DNA from: Candidatus Saccharimonadota bacterium
GTDB lineage: Bacteria; Patescibacteriota; Microgenomatia; UBA1406; GWC2-37-13
Direction: 5' to 3'
Length of the DNA: 32,000 bases
NCBI GenBank assembly: GCA_016699265.1
Contig: CP064967.1
Span: forward strand, 240,001 to 272,000
A program made the translations under genes and the position numbers. Shown here piece after piece: positions 6,112 through 14,590 of this stretch. The notes under the pieces are model-generated. The model was not told the DNA's origin, made no database searches, and saw only the letters and a program-made list of their open reading frames with translations. How positions within the stretch are numbered: the stretch's first letter is position 1; each line of letters starts with the position of its first letter.

Positions 6112-7366
6112 GGAATGATGTAATACCGAGGATAATTGATGATGCGCTAATTGATGCGGCAATAACCCAGGCAGGCGCAAAGACGCCAAGTTTCGGAATA
6201 AAGATAAGACACCCTACTGTCATTCCAATAAAAAATATTGCATTGGAAAGAAGAACATAGGCAGGCTTCTTTATTGTATAAAGCATGAAGATTAGCAAAA
6301 AGTTACTGTATGTGAAAATGATGAACGGAAACGAAAGGCTTTTGGCTATCTGAGATGCGGTTACAAACTTCTCAGTAAAAAGTAGTCTAAATAGTGAATC
6401 AGGAATAAAAAATAAAATTACAAATAAGATGGCCGGAACAGAGAGATAAAGCAATCCGGGCTTAAGAAGTTTTTGAACGTCTCTCTTAGTGCTAGCTTTT
6501 GAGAACAACGGTGAAAGGACCTGGGTGACGCTGATTATTGAGGTGATAATTGAGAGAATAATTTTCTGCGCAAGGGCGTAGAACCCCACATCGTTTCGCA
6601 GCCCAAAAAACGAGAGCATAAAAAGATCCATTCTTAGTGCAAGATTGTAAAGTTGTGTTGATGCGAAGTATGTAAGTGTGTAGCCGAACTTTAGCTCGGT
6701 TCTATCAAAGCGTGAACCGACAACAGACCGAATTGCTGAACGCTTTTCAAACAGAAGAGGTATAAAGAAAGCTATCGACCCAAGAACGCTAAAAACGAGG
6801 ATGACAGAGGCGGGCGTTATTTGATTTGTGTAGACAAGTACTCCAAGTAATGCGAGCTTTATTACATTTGAGATGTTTACATATAAGTTAACCCTAAAGA
6901 AATGCTTTCCTGCCAGAAGTACATTTGATATAAAGTTCTGCCAGATAAAAAATATGACCCCGAGAAAAACTAGATAGATTGTTAGTTGATCTGCGCCAGT
7001 TTTAAAAAAATATTTATCAAGCCAACTAAAGGTAAAGAGCAGAATGACGACAGATGCCGTTGCAAAAATTGTTTGGTAGATAAAAAGCGTCTTTACAAAG
7101 TTGTAGAGATTGCCGGTCCGTTTCTCCAGCATTGCAGGCAGATACGAGTAGATAGTTGCAGTTGTACCGAAATCAAAGATGTTAGCCAGTACATACGAGA
7201 CCCCTAACAGGACTCCAAGTACTCCGTACTCCGCCGGTGTCATGGCTCGTACCAAAACTAGCGCAAAGATAGCGGTAAAGGCGGTATTCAGGTAGTTTCC
7301 TAAAGTATTTATGTAGATGTGGATACTGGTGGGGTGTTTAAGAAATATTGTAAATTTCTTGAGCAT
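6086..7366 (-). CDS. MOP-superfamily oligosaccharide/polysaccharide flippase (Wzx-like)
   Basis: 426 aa with about 12 TM helices. The N-terminal pattern NTLGNYLNTAFTAIFALVLVRAMTPAEYGV is typical of polysaccharide biosynthesis (Wzx/RfbX) proteins. Confidence 0.7.
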   Translation of the reverse strand: MLKKFTIFLKHPTSIHIYINTLGNYLNTAFTAIFALVLVRAMTPAEYGVLGVLLGVSYVLANIFDFGTTATIYSYLPAMLEKRTGNLYNFVKTLFIYQTIFATASVVILLFTFSWLDKYFFKTGADQLTIYLVFLGVIFFIWQNFISNVLLAGKHFFRVNLYVNISNVIKLALLGVLVYTNQITPASVILVFSVLGSIAFFIPLLFEKRSAIRSVVGSRFDRTELKFGYTLTYFASTQLYNLALRMDLFMLSFFGLRNDVGFYALAQKIILSIITSIISVTQVLSPLFSKASTKRDVQKLLKPGLLYLSVPAILFVILFFIPDSLFRLLFTEKFVTASQIAKSLSFPFIIFTYSNFLLIFMLYTIKKPAYVLLSNAIFFIGMTVGCLIFIPKLGVFAPAWVIAASISASSIILGITSFHEYKKLEN

Positions 7367-7420
7367 GTTATATTCTATGATATTAGGCTAGAAATAGCAC
7401 ATAAAACGTTTTAAATACGC

Positions 7421-7426
7421 TACAAT
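7421..7426 (+). promoter_or_regulatory. -10-like TACAAT 9 nt upstream of the gmd ATG
   Basis: TACAAT at 7421-7426 and ATG at 7436, with no SD-like sequence between them. Confidence 0.3.
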
Positions 7427-7435
7427 ATATTGCAT

Positions 7436-8428
7436 ATGGCAAAAACAGCACTGGTTACTGGAATCTTGGGACAGGACGGACCTTACTTAGCAAAACATCT
7501 TTTAGATAATGGGTATAAGGTATACGGAATGATGTCGCGATACTCAAATCCGAATTTTCAGAATACCGACTATCTTGGAATCTCAAAGGACATTAACTTT
7601 ATAGAGGGTGATCTTACCGATGAGTCTTCTTTAATGGGTGTTGTTAAGCATGCACGACCAGATGAGGTATACAATCTTGCAGCCCAGTCCTTTGTCGGCT
7701 CTTCTTGGGAACAGGCAAAACATACGACCGAAGTCAACTCTTTAGGAGTTCTTTATATGCTAAATGCGATTAAACTTCTGTCCCCCACCACCAAGTTTTA
7801 TCAAGCCTCTACTTCTGAGATGTTTGGAACCGGAATTGAGAATGGTTATCAGGATGAGAATACGCAGTTTCATCCCCGAAGTCCTTACGGAGTCTCAAAA
7901 GTCTATGCTTACTGGATGACCGTTAATTACAGAGAGTCCTTCGGAATGTTCACATGTAATGGAATATTGTTCAATCATGAGTCTCCAATTCGAGGAATTC
8001 AATTTGTAACAAGAAAGATCACAGATGGAGTTGCAAAGATCAAGCACGGTTTGGCAAAAGAGTTGCGACTAGGCAATCTCGATGCCAAGCGAGACTGGGG
8101 TTTTGCTGGGGACTATGTTGAGGCTATGCATCTAATGCTTCAGGCAGCAGAACCAGATGATTACGTTGTTGCAACGGGTGAGACTCATACCGTTCAGGAG
8201 TTTGTGGAGCTGGCATTTGATGCTGCTGGAATCTCTGATTGGAAAAGTTACATTACTATTGACCCGCGATTCAAGAGACCGGCCGAGGTACCAAACCTTT
8301 TGGGTAAAGCTGAAAAGGCTAAGAAACAACTTGGTTGGACTCCAAAGGTCACGTTCCCCGAGTTGGTGAAGATGATGGTTGAAGCTGATTTAAAACGATA
8401 CGAAATACAAAAAAGAAATAGCGCGTAA
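7436..8428 (+). CDS. gmd: GDP-mannose 4,6-dehydratase
   Basis: Motifs ALVTGILGQDGPYLAKHLL, YNLAAQSFV, FYQASTSEMFG, PRSPYGVSKVYAYW, NGILFNHESPIRG..FVTRKI and RDWGFAGDYVEAM match Gmd throughout. The ATG at 7436 is preferred to the in-frame TTG at 7430. Confidence 0.93.
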   Translation: MAKTALVTGILGQDGPYLAKHLLDNGYKVYGMMSRYSNPNFQNTDYLGISKDINFIEGDLTDESSLMGVVKHARPDEVYNLAAQSFVGSSWEQAKHTTEVNSLGVLYMLNAIKLLSPTTKFYQASTSEMFGTGIENGYQDENTQFHPRSPYGVSKVYAYWMTVNYRESFGMFTCNGILFNHESPIRGIQFVTRKITDGVAKIKHGLAKELRLGNLDAKRDWGFAGDYVEAMHLMLQAAEPDDYVVATGETHTVQEFVELAFDAAGISDWKSYITIDPRFKRPAEVPNLLGKAEKAKKQLGWTPKVTFPELVKMMVEADLKRYEIQKRNSA

Positions 8429-8440
8429 CATCAAAGTTAA

Positions 8441-9200
8441 ATGAAGGATTTAAGCACTCAGCAACTAACTTTAGCTACCTCGGACTACGATCTTCGTATA
8501 ACCAATCTAGCACGATTCATACTTAAGAAACTTCCTATAAAGCAAGGATCTTTCATAGATGTTGGAGCTGGTAATGGTCTATTCCTAAAGTTTTTTAAGG
8601 ACCGTGGGTTTGAGGTAGAGGGAATTGAACTTGAAAAAGATCAGGTGCATGAGATGCGTAAAGACTTCAAGCTTAAGGATGTATCAATTCGGCAGGGAGA
8701 TATCACTAATCTTCATGGTGACGAAAACTTTGATGTGGTAATCGCATCCGATGTCATCGAGCACATCAAAGACGATGCAAAAGCACTAGATAACTTATTC
8801 ACGTTTGTAAAAAAAGATGGTTATCTAGTTCTTACGGTTCCTGCACACATGCATCTTTATGGCAAGCGTGACAAGACTTGGGGACATTATCGGAGGTATG
8901 ATCGTAATAGCCTAAGATTTAGTAAGAAAGTTAAAAAGTTTAGAAGGTTGTAAGGTTGAAAGTGAACGTTAGTTACTGGAACTTATTAGGTTACTTTGCA
9001 TATTTTTCTTTGAGAAGATAATGAATCAACCAATTAAAGAAGAGTTTAGATATAAACAAACAGCATTCTCAAAATTAATTCGCAGCATATTGGATTTGGT
9101 TTTGAAGTGTGAAGAGCTTTTAGGTGAGGCCCCAATTGGCTTAACGCTTGTTGTCGTTATCAAAAAAATGAAAATGAATAATTACTTAGTGCGTTTTTAA
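8441..9200 (+). pseudogene. class I SAM-dependent methyltransferase (Methyltransf_11-like) interrupted by three frame changes
   Basis: Frame 2 (8441-8953) carries IDVGAGNGLF, VVIASDVIEH, KKDGYLVLTVP and WGHYRRYD. The expected continuation is out of frame. DLVRKLKSLEGCKVESER is in frame 0 from 8916, VSYWNLLGYFAYF is in frame 1 from 8968, and FFFEKIMNQPIKEEFRYKQTAFSKLIRSILDLVLKCEELLGEAPIGLTLVVVIKK is in frame 0 from 9003 to TAA 9198-9200. The breaks lie in short A/T runs (8914-8915, 8969-8970, 9003-9007). Confidence 0.7.
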
Positions 9201-9265
9201 TCGATATCTGCTAATTTATTGTCCTATCGCTGATTTTTTATAGACAAAATCCATTTGTCTACCGA

Positions 9266-10282
9266 ATGGATCCTCATCTTATCGGCAGATACTATCTGTC
9301 TCAGGACATAACCCATGAGGTTGATGGTAAGCGACTGTTTTTATCAGATGATGAGATACATATTGCTGCAGGATACCTCTATGCTATGGGGGAAAACCCT
9401 GTTGACTACAACTTTCAGCACCCTCCCCTGATTAAGTATATGTTTGGGTTTATGACGCGTCTTACCGACAATCCATATTTGGTTCAGGTAATCTTAAGTG
9501 TCGCATTGTTAATGTCCACCTATTATTTGGCGCTACGTATCTCAGAAAGCAAGATCGTAGCAATGGGCGCAGTCGTTTTACTTTCTTTTGACCGACTCTT
9601 TATCTCCTTCTCAACTCAGGCACTTTTAGATCTTGGACAGAGCGTGCTTATAATGCTCTATCTCATCACGTCGGTCTACTTTAGAGACAAATATTGGCTG
9701 CAAGGAATTGTTCTTGGACTGTTACTAACCGCAAAATTTTGGGCAGGATCACTTTTCTTTATCGTATTTATCAATTCTTATCTCATGTTGAGGAAACAGT
9801 TTAACCTGCGTAGATTTATATACCAGTTGGGCGTAGGGTCTGTGATGTTTTGCTTAGTATATCTAAGATCGTTTGTTGCACAGCGTGGAGCTTTCAACAT
9901 CATATTCTTCGAGCTTAAGACTCTCAAATATTGGTTTCATCACTCGGTTTCCTCAGTATATGGAGCCTCACTCATACTTTTTACCACAGGATATCTCAAA
10001 AGTTGGTGGGGTGCGAAAGAGGTACTGAGAGCTCAGTACTGGAGTTTAGTATGGCCGATAGGACTATGTATAACGGCTGTAGTTGCTTGTAAACGTATTC
10101 TACGTGAAAAGCTAAGGCTGTCGCCGGCTACCCTCATATATACCATTCCGGTAACCTACCTTGGGTACCTTTCTATACAGGCTGCTTATGAGAGGTACTT
10201 CATCATTCTGCTTCCCTATCTATATATTGGACTGTCGTCAATCTTGACCCCGCCAATTATGAAGAAACTGCGTCGTAGATAA
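9266..10282 (+). CDS. PMT/GT39-like lipid-carrier-dependent glycosyltransferase; N-terminal TM1 apparently missing or disrupted
   Basis: LFLSDDEIHIAAGYLYAMGENPVDYNFQHPPLIKYMFG reproduces the PMT-family loop-1 signature (DE ... HPPL.K), followed by about 8 TM helices. In PMT-type proteins a TM helix precedes this loop. Here hydrophobic coding (FIVLSLIFY) continues upstream of ATG 9266 only to a TAA at 9212-9214, and a possible start MKMNNYLVRF at 9168 is in another frame. Confidence 0.65.
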   Translation: MDPHLIGRYYLSQDITHEVDGKRLFLSDDEIHIAAGYLYAMGENPVDYNFQHPPLIKYMFGFMTRLTDNPYLVQVILSVALLMSTYYLALRISESKIVAMGAVVLLSFDRLFISFSTQALLDLGQSVLIMLYLITSVYFRDKYWLQGIVLGLLLTAKFWAGSLFFIVFINSYLMLRKQFNLRRFIYQLGVGSVMFCLVYLRSFVAQRGAFNIIFFELKTLKYWFHHSVSSVYGASLILFTTGYLKSWWGAKEVLRAQYWSLVWPIGLCITAVVACKRILREKLRLSPATLIYTIPVTYLGYLSIQAAYERYFIILLPYLYIGLSSILTPPIMKKLRRR

Positions 10283-10901
10283 ATTCGTTCGAGTTGGGAT
10301 TGTCAGACCATTTTTTAAGAGTGAAACCATCTCTATCCTTATCGCTCATGAGATGAGTTCCATTCGCAATCTCCTCAAACTTTTTTTTAAGATCGGAGTC
10401 GCAAAGTGACCAGTCAATATCGGTGGTAATCGGCGAGATTCCAGCTTCGTTGCTTGGGTTCCAGTTGCTTGTGCAAAGATATTCGATCTGTGTCTCTTCA
10501 GGATAGTAGCCTCCATGAGCAAATCCGACAGGGATCCAGATCAGTTCTCCATAGTCTCGACTATGATCCGCAGGTAAATCGTAGGCAATTATTTTGCCAA
10601 AGTTAGGAGATCCTTTTCGAATGTCCATGACAAGATCGGTCATGTGTCCAAAGACCGTTCTGACGAGCTTGCCTTGGTAAGGAGACCACTGAAAATGAAG
10701 GCCGCGAATGGTGTTTTGCTTTGAGTAGCTTTCGTTGACCTGAATGAACATCGCATTTTTCAAAAAAGATAGATCTGGGTTTGAGTTAAACTCAGACTGG
10801 TTAAAAGATTCGGTAAAGTAACCTCTCACATCGGTAAATCTTTGGTATCGGATAACCTTAACCTCAGGAAGTGCGAGTGAGGTAACTGAAAGTATCTTCA
10901 T
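10257..10901 (-). CDS. RmlC-type cupin, NDP-4-keto-6-deoxyhexose 3,5-epimerase family
   Basis: 214 aa with FTDVRGYFTESF, NESYSKQNTIRGLHFQ, QGKLVRTVFGHMTDLVMDIRKGSPNFGK and LIWIPVGFAHG, the canonical RmlC blocks. The nucleotide specificity (dTDP or GDP) cannot be read from the sequence. Confidence 0.85.
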   Translation of the reverse strand: MKILSVTSLALPEVKVIRYQRFTDVRGYFTESFNQSEFNSNPDLSFLKNAMFIQVNESYSKQNTIRGLHFQWSPYQGKLVRTVFGHMTDLVMDIRKGSPNFGKIIAYDLPADHSRDYGELIWIPVGFAHGGYYPEETQIEYLCTSNWNPSNEAGISPITTDIDWSLCDSDLKKKFEEIANGTHLMSDKDRDGFTLKKWSDNPNSNEFIYDAVSS

Positions 10902-10933
10902 AGGACTTCGCTTTCGAAATAAATGATATCAGC

Positions 10934-11005
10934 AAGCCTGCCTGCCGGTAGGCATGGCTTCGACCTATTTCCTACATTCACACTTTGTAGGGTACCCCTC
11001 GAAGC
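10934..11005 (-). promoter_or_regulatory. GC-rich structured element in the spacer upstream of the RmlC-like gene: two hairpins sharing 4 nt
   Basis: Hairpin A: AAGCC+TGCCT (10934-10943) pairs with AGGCA (10950-10954) and GGCTT (10956-10960), with a bulge at 10955. Hairpin B: GCTTCGA (10957-10963) pairs with TCGAAGC (10999-11005), enclosing CCTACA (10971-10976) paired with TGTAGG (10986-10991). The two outer stems compete for 10957-10960. Function is unknown. Confidence 0.3.
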
Positions 11006-11037
11006 AAGTACATTGTTCATTTTATTGCGTAGTGGGG

Positions 11038-12301
11038 TCATACAATCATTTTAGCAATTTTTTTTGATAGCTCCACCGCAAGATTAAAGTTGCGGTCATG
11101 TGGGTACATCTGGTCTATGTTCCCAAGAAAGATGTTATGAAGAATCTGAATTGGGGGGCGATTTTGAAGTGAGCCCAACCCGAAGATGGTCTGTGCCCGT
11201 GGAACACGAGAGATGGTTGATTTCTTTATCCATGAATTTTTGAACTGTGGATTAAGTTTTTTGAGAATTGATATATAGGATCGTACCACCATCTCATCAC
11301 TCTCTTTGTAGCGAGCACTGTCTCGATGTAGATAGTTGGCAAGGTAAACTAGCGATCTATTTCCATAGTTCTTACGGTCGATAAGATTCGTGTGCTCGAC
11401 CATTACAAGAACCGGTTCGTTCTGCTGGCAGACATTGATCCAGTATTGATTTTGAACAGGTTGTGACAGCTCCAAAAGTAGACAGACGGCGCCAAGCTGA
11501 TCCTGTGAGTTTAGGAGGGTCTTAATTTTTGATGGTAATTTGTTTTTAATGAGTCTGGTAGCAACCGGAGAGACAGTGGTAATAAGACACTTATCAAATG
11601 ATACTTTTTTTCCGCCGACCTCAAGATCAACACTATCCTTATATGATTCGACGCCGGTCACAGGTGTATTGAGATTTATCAACACCTTATGTTTCTTAAG
11701 TTCGCCAACAAGAGCATTAAAAAGAGTCTCTGATCCGCCATCAAGATAGCCCAAATCGAAGGACCTGTCTCTTATTCTCTCGCAGCCATGCTGCCGGTAC
11801 ATCTTCTGAAAATTTAGCAAACTTCCCGACAAGAAGTGGTTTCCAGATTACTTTATATGCTTCGGCTCCGGCATAGGTCATAAGCCAACTTTTAGCAGAG
11901 ATAGTATCTAATTTTTTTATATTGACGGGTAAGTATTTAAGAATTGCCAATGCGAGTCCTAGTCTGAGTCGGTCTATGAAGGGTAGTGGCTTGAATGTGA
12001 GTAGGTCTAGTGGTGAAGAAAATGGATATGTCACCCCTTCGTACAGGATGCTGGTCTTTGATGGATAAAACTTAAGCTTCTCCCCTATTCCGAGTTTATT
12101 AATCAGCTCAATGACATGAACATCAGATCGGAAAAAGTGATGATAGAATCGCTCAATGGAGCTATTCCCAACCTCAACGTAGGTGCCAAGTCCTCCGGTG
12201 ACAGGAGAAGCTTCATAAACAGTTACTGAATGACCCTCCTTACTCAGAAGGAGAGCTGTTGAGAGTCCTGTTATTCCAGCACCGATGATTGCGACTTTCA
12301 T
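11038..12301 (-). pseudogene. FAD/NAD(P)-binding oxidoreductase (amine-oxidase / HemY-like fold) split by one frameshift
   Basis: The N-terminal ORF (11741-12301) starts MKVAIIGAGITGLSTALLLSKEGHSVTVYEA (Rossmann GxGxxG) and ends ...VPAAWLRENKRQV*. The C-terminal ORF (11038-11832) carries ERIRDRSFDLGYLDGGSETL... in the +1 frame. The two join as AAWL|ERIRDR around 11780-11785 (CTGCGAG), which is not a homopolymer. The total span is 3n+1 nt. Confidence 0.7.
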
Positions 12302-12329
12302 TTATTTAGAAATGTAAGAAATTTAACAA

Positions 12330-13027
12330 CTAGTTTGCCCAAAAACCGAAGTGTTTGCTGGCGTAAAGATTCATTGAGGTAAAAAATCTTTTCCTCTTAT
12401 CTTCCGTCAATCGTTTAAAGGAACTACCCCCCGCATGATTATGGGGAACCTCGATCCAACCGATTTTATAACCTTCATCCAGTAGTCGTTTGGTGAGATC
12501 GCTATCCTCAAACCAAAGGAAAAATTTTTCATCCCAACCACCGATCTCCTTTAGTACGGACGCTCTCATTAGAAGACATCCTCCAAATAACGTATGTTTC
12601 TTAAACGATGATAATGGAATGATTCTTCTGAGGGGGAGAATTCGGACAAAAGACTAAGCCAGGTAGGGACAGGCTTGAAGTAGCTATCCCCTATCTGCTC
12701 CGGAGATGCAGCATCTAAGCTTTTCTTTCGACATTTTGGTAAATTTTAGGATCTCATCTGAGGTTAAGAAAGTGTCAGGGTTTAAAAACAACAACCACTC
12801 CCCTTTGAGATTGTCGCCCTTGATTGCAGGCCTTTGCAAAACCTAGATTCGGTTTGTTTTCAACAACTCTCAAGTTTTTATTTCTTAATTCTAAGTTCTT
12901 AATAGATTTTTCAGATATTTTTATCGATAATAATTACCTCAAGTTCTTTTGTGGACTTCAGGAGACTTATTTGTTTATTAAGTTCATTCGGCGTGTTCCA
13001 GTGGACAATAATCGCAGAAACTTTCAT
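12330..13027 (-). pseudogene. family 2 glycosyltransferase with at least four frame changes
   Basis: Minus-strand fragments in successive frames: MKVSAIIVHWNTPNEL...EVIIIDK from ATG 13027, then ISEKSIKNLELRNKNLRVVENKPNLGFAKACN, GEWLLFLNPDTFLTSDEILKF, LDAASPEQIGDSYFKPVPTWLSLLSEFSP, and finally LRRIIPLSSFKKHTLFGGCLLMRASVLKEIGGWDEKFFLWFEDSDL... to 12330. Together they give a complete GT2 architecture. Confidence 0.7.
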
Positions 13028-13222
13028 ATTATTTTATTCCCCAACTATATAGGGTCGCAGGCCAGACTGAGTACGGATTGTCATCAAGTGGATAGTGATC
13101 CAGATAAAGCTCCTTTTGAGATTTCTTTCAGCATAGTCGATTACGTCTTGGGCAACGACGAATCGTCGATAAAAATAAAACCTTTTGGATACTTTTTCAT
13201 TACCATCTTAAGATCTTTAAGC

Positions 13223-14590
13223 TCACCCCACAAACAGAAGATTTTTTGAATCAGGTATATACTTTTCGCCATTTCCATTTGTTTTGAAGGTTGTATGCTT
13301 TGGAAGTCCATTCACCAATCCCGACTCGTCCATCCACCTAAATAAGTATCCATTAGGAAAATCCATTCCTAGATACCAATATTGCCTATCGTGCCAAGTA
13401 TCGATTACGGCCGTTTGTTTTTTTTCAAGTTTGCCCTTTGATTTGATCAAGTTATACACGCTGTCATAATCGATTACAGCGATTTCCCTAAAGTCATGAT
13501 TTACGGAGTAATAGGTCTTGGGCTTTAGGACGAACTTGTCGCCATTTACGATTATTGCAGTAATGAGTAATAGTGTAAGCACAACTGCAAAGCGAGTTGA
13601 TAATGATCGAGCCAGTAGATAAATAGAGTTTGCAGCTCCGATAAAAAACAGACTAAATATCGGAAGCAAATATCTAGTTGAGTAAGGTTGCCAGAACATC
13701 GTAATAAAAATCAGATGCACGAAGATGTAGATCAAGAATAGTGACACTACTCTCTTATTTTTAATAAACAGGTGGACTAGTCCTACTAAACATAGAAATG
13801 AGATCAGGCCATACTCTCTCCAGAGAAAGGAGTGATAGTACCAAACATTATTCGACAAAATATCACCGCTACTATAGGTATCCTTCAGCGCTTTGAAAAG
13901 CTGGAAGTTATACAATGCCGCAGCTGTTCCAAACATCCAAAGATAGAATGACTTCCTACTGATAACAAACCGAATTTCTGAATAATTGAAAATTATGTAG
14001 TGGAATACCAGTGATACGAGCAACAAGTAGAAGAAAAAGTGTGTAGCGACTCCTAAAAACAAGCTGACTAGAAATGCTATCATGTATCGTTTCTTTAACT
14101 TAGATGAACTGGTAAGCCTTTCATAGCTATAGATAGTTGTAAGTGTGAGAAGTTGGAGTATTGAGTAGCTTCTAGCCTGTACTGACCAAGTAATGAAGAA
14201 ATAAGATAAGGATGCAAGTAGGCCGGCAGAAAATGCAGCAACCTTGTGTGACACTTTACTAGCAAGTAGATAGATCATGGCAGCTATCAAAGATCCGACA
14301 ATAGCGAACGGAAGTTTTGCCGACCATACAGAGGTACCAAACAAATTAAAGGATCCCGCAATAATAAGATGTGCCAATCTATTATTTTGTTCCATAGTCA
14401 ATCCAAAATAACTCATTGCCCCACCTAGATCATTTAAGATGAGTTTGGCCTGATTTGCGGAGCTGAATTCATCCACCCAGAATGGAGTCTGTTGCAGAAG
14501 GCCGACAAGTCGATAGATCAGAGAGAGGCATGTAAGAAACGCTACAATGGGCCATATTGAGAGTTGCTTAAAATATTTATTCATATCCAT
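13223..14590 (-). CDS. GT-C fold membrane glycosyltransferase (ArnT/PMT_2-like); the C-terminal tail continues out of frame to about 13029
   Basis: 455 aa. LLQQTPFWVDEFSSANQA gives the loop-1 DE motif after TM1, followed by about 11 TM helices. After the TGA at 13223 a coherent tail can be read in shifted frames: ELKDLKMVMKKYPKGFIFIDDSSLPK, DVIDYAERNLK and KELYLDHYPLDDNPYSVWPATLYSWGIK*, with the stop at 13029-13031. Confidence 0.75.
   Translation of the reverse strand: MDMNKYFKQLSIWPIVAFLTCLSLIYRLVGLLQQTPFWVDEFSSANQAKLILNDLGGAMSYFGLTMEQNNRLAHLIIAGSFNLFGTSVWSAKLPFAIVGSLIAAMIYLLASKVSHKVAAFSAGLLASLSYFFITWSVQARSYSILQLLTLTTIYSYERLTSSSKLKKRYMIAFLVSLFLGVATHFFFYLLLVSLVFHYIIFNYSEIRFVISRKSFYLWMFGTAAALYNFQLFKALKDTYSSGDILSNNVWYYHSFLWREYGLISFLCLVGLVHLFIKNKRVVSLFLIYIFVHLIFITMFWQPYSTRYLLPIFSLFFIGAANSIYLLARSLSTRFAVVLTLLLITAIIVNGDKFVLKPKTYYSVNHDFREIAVIDYDSVYNLIKSKGKLEKKQTAVIDTWHDRQYWYLGMDFPNGYLFRWMDESGLVNGLPKHTTFKTNGNGEKYIPDSKNLLFVG

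Noticed and set aside
6112-6189. Long N-terminal extensions offered by the ORF track for several minus-strand genes: 6112-6189, 15183-15248, 27483-27524 and 29203-29229.
   Set aside because: The extensions lie inside the upstream gene's coding region and precede the conserved N-terminal motif of the family. Internal ATGs give compact overlaps, including a classic ATGA at 29199-29202.
12824-13249. 141-aa plus-strand ORF spanning the apparent gap between 12570 and 13222.
   Set aside because: The minus strand of the same interval encodes recognisable GT2 motifs and the GT-C tail in shifted frames. The plus-strand translation (FLFLNSKFLIDFSDIFIDNNYLKFF...) looks like the antisense of AT-rich coding DNA.
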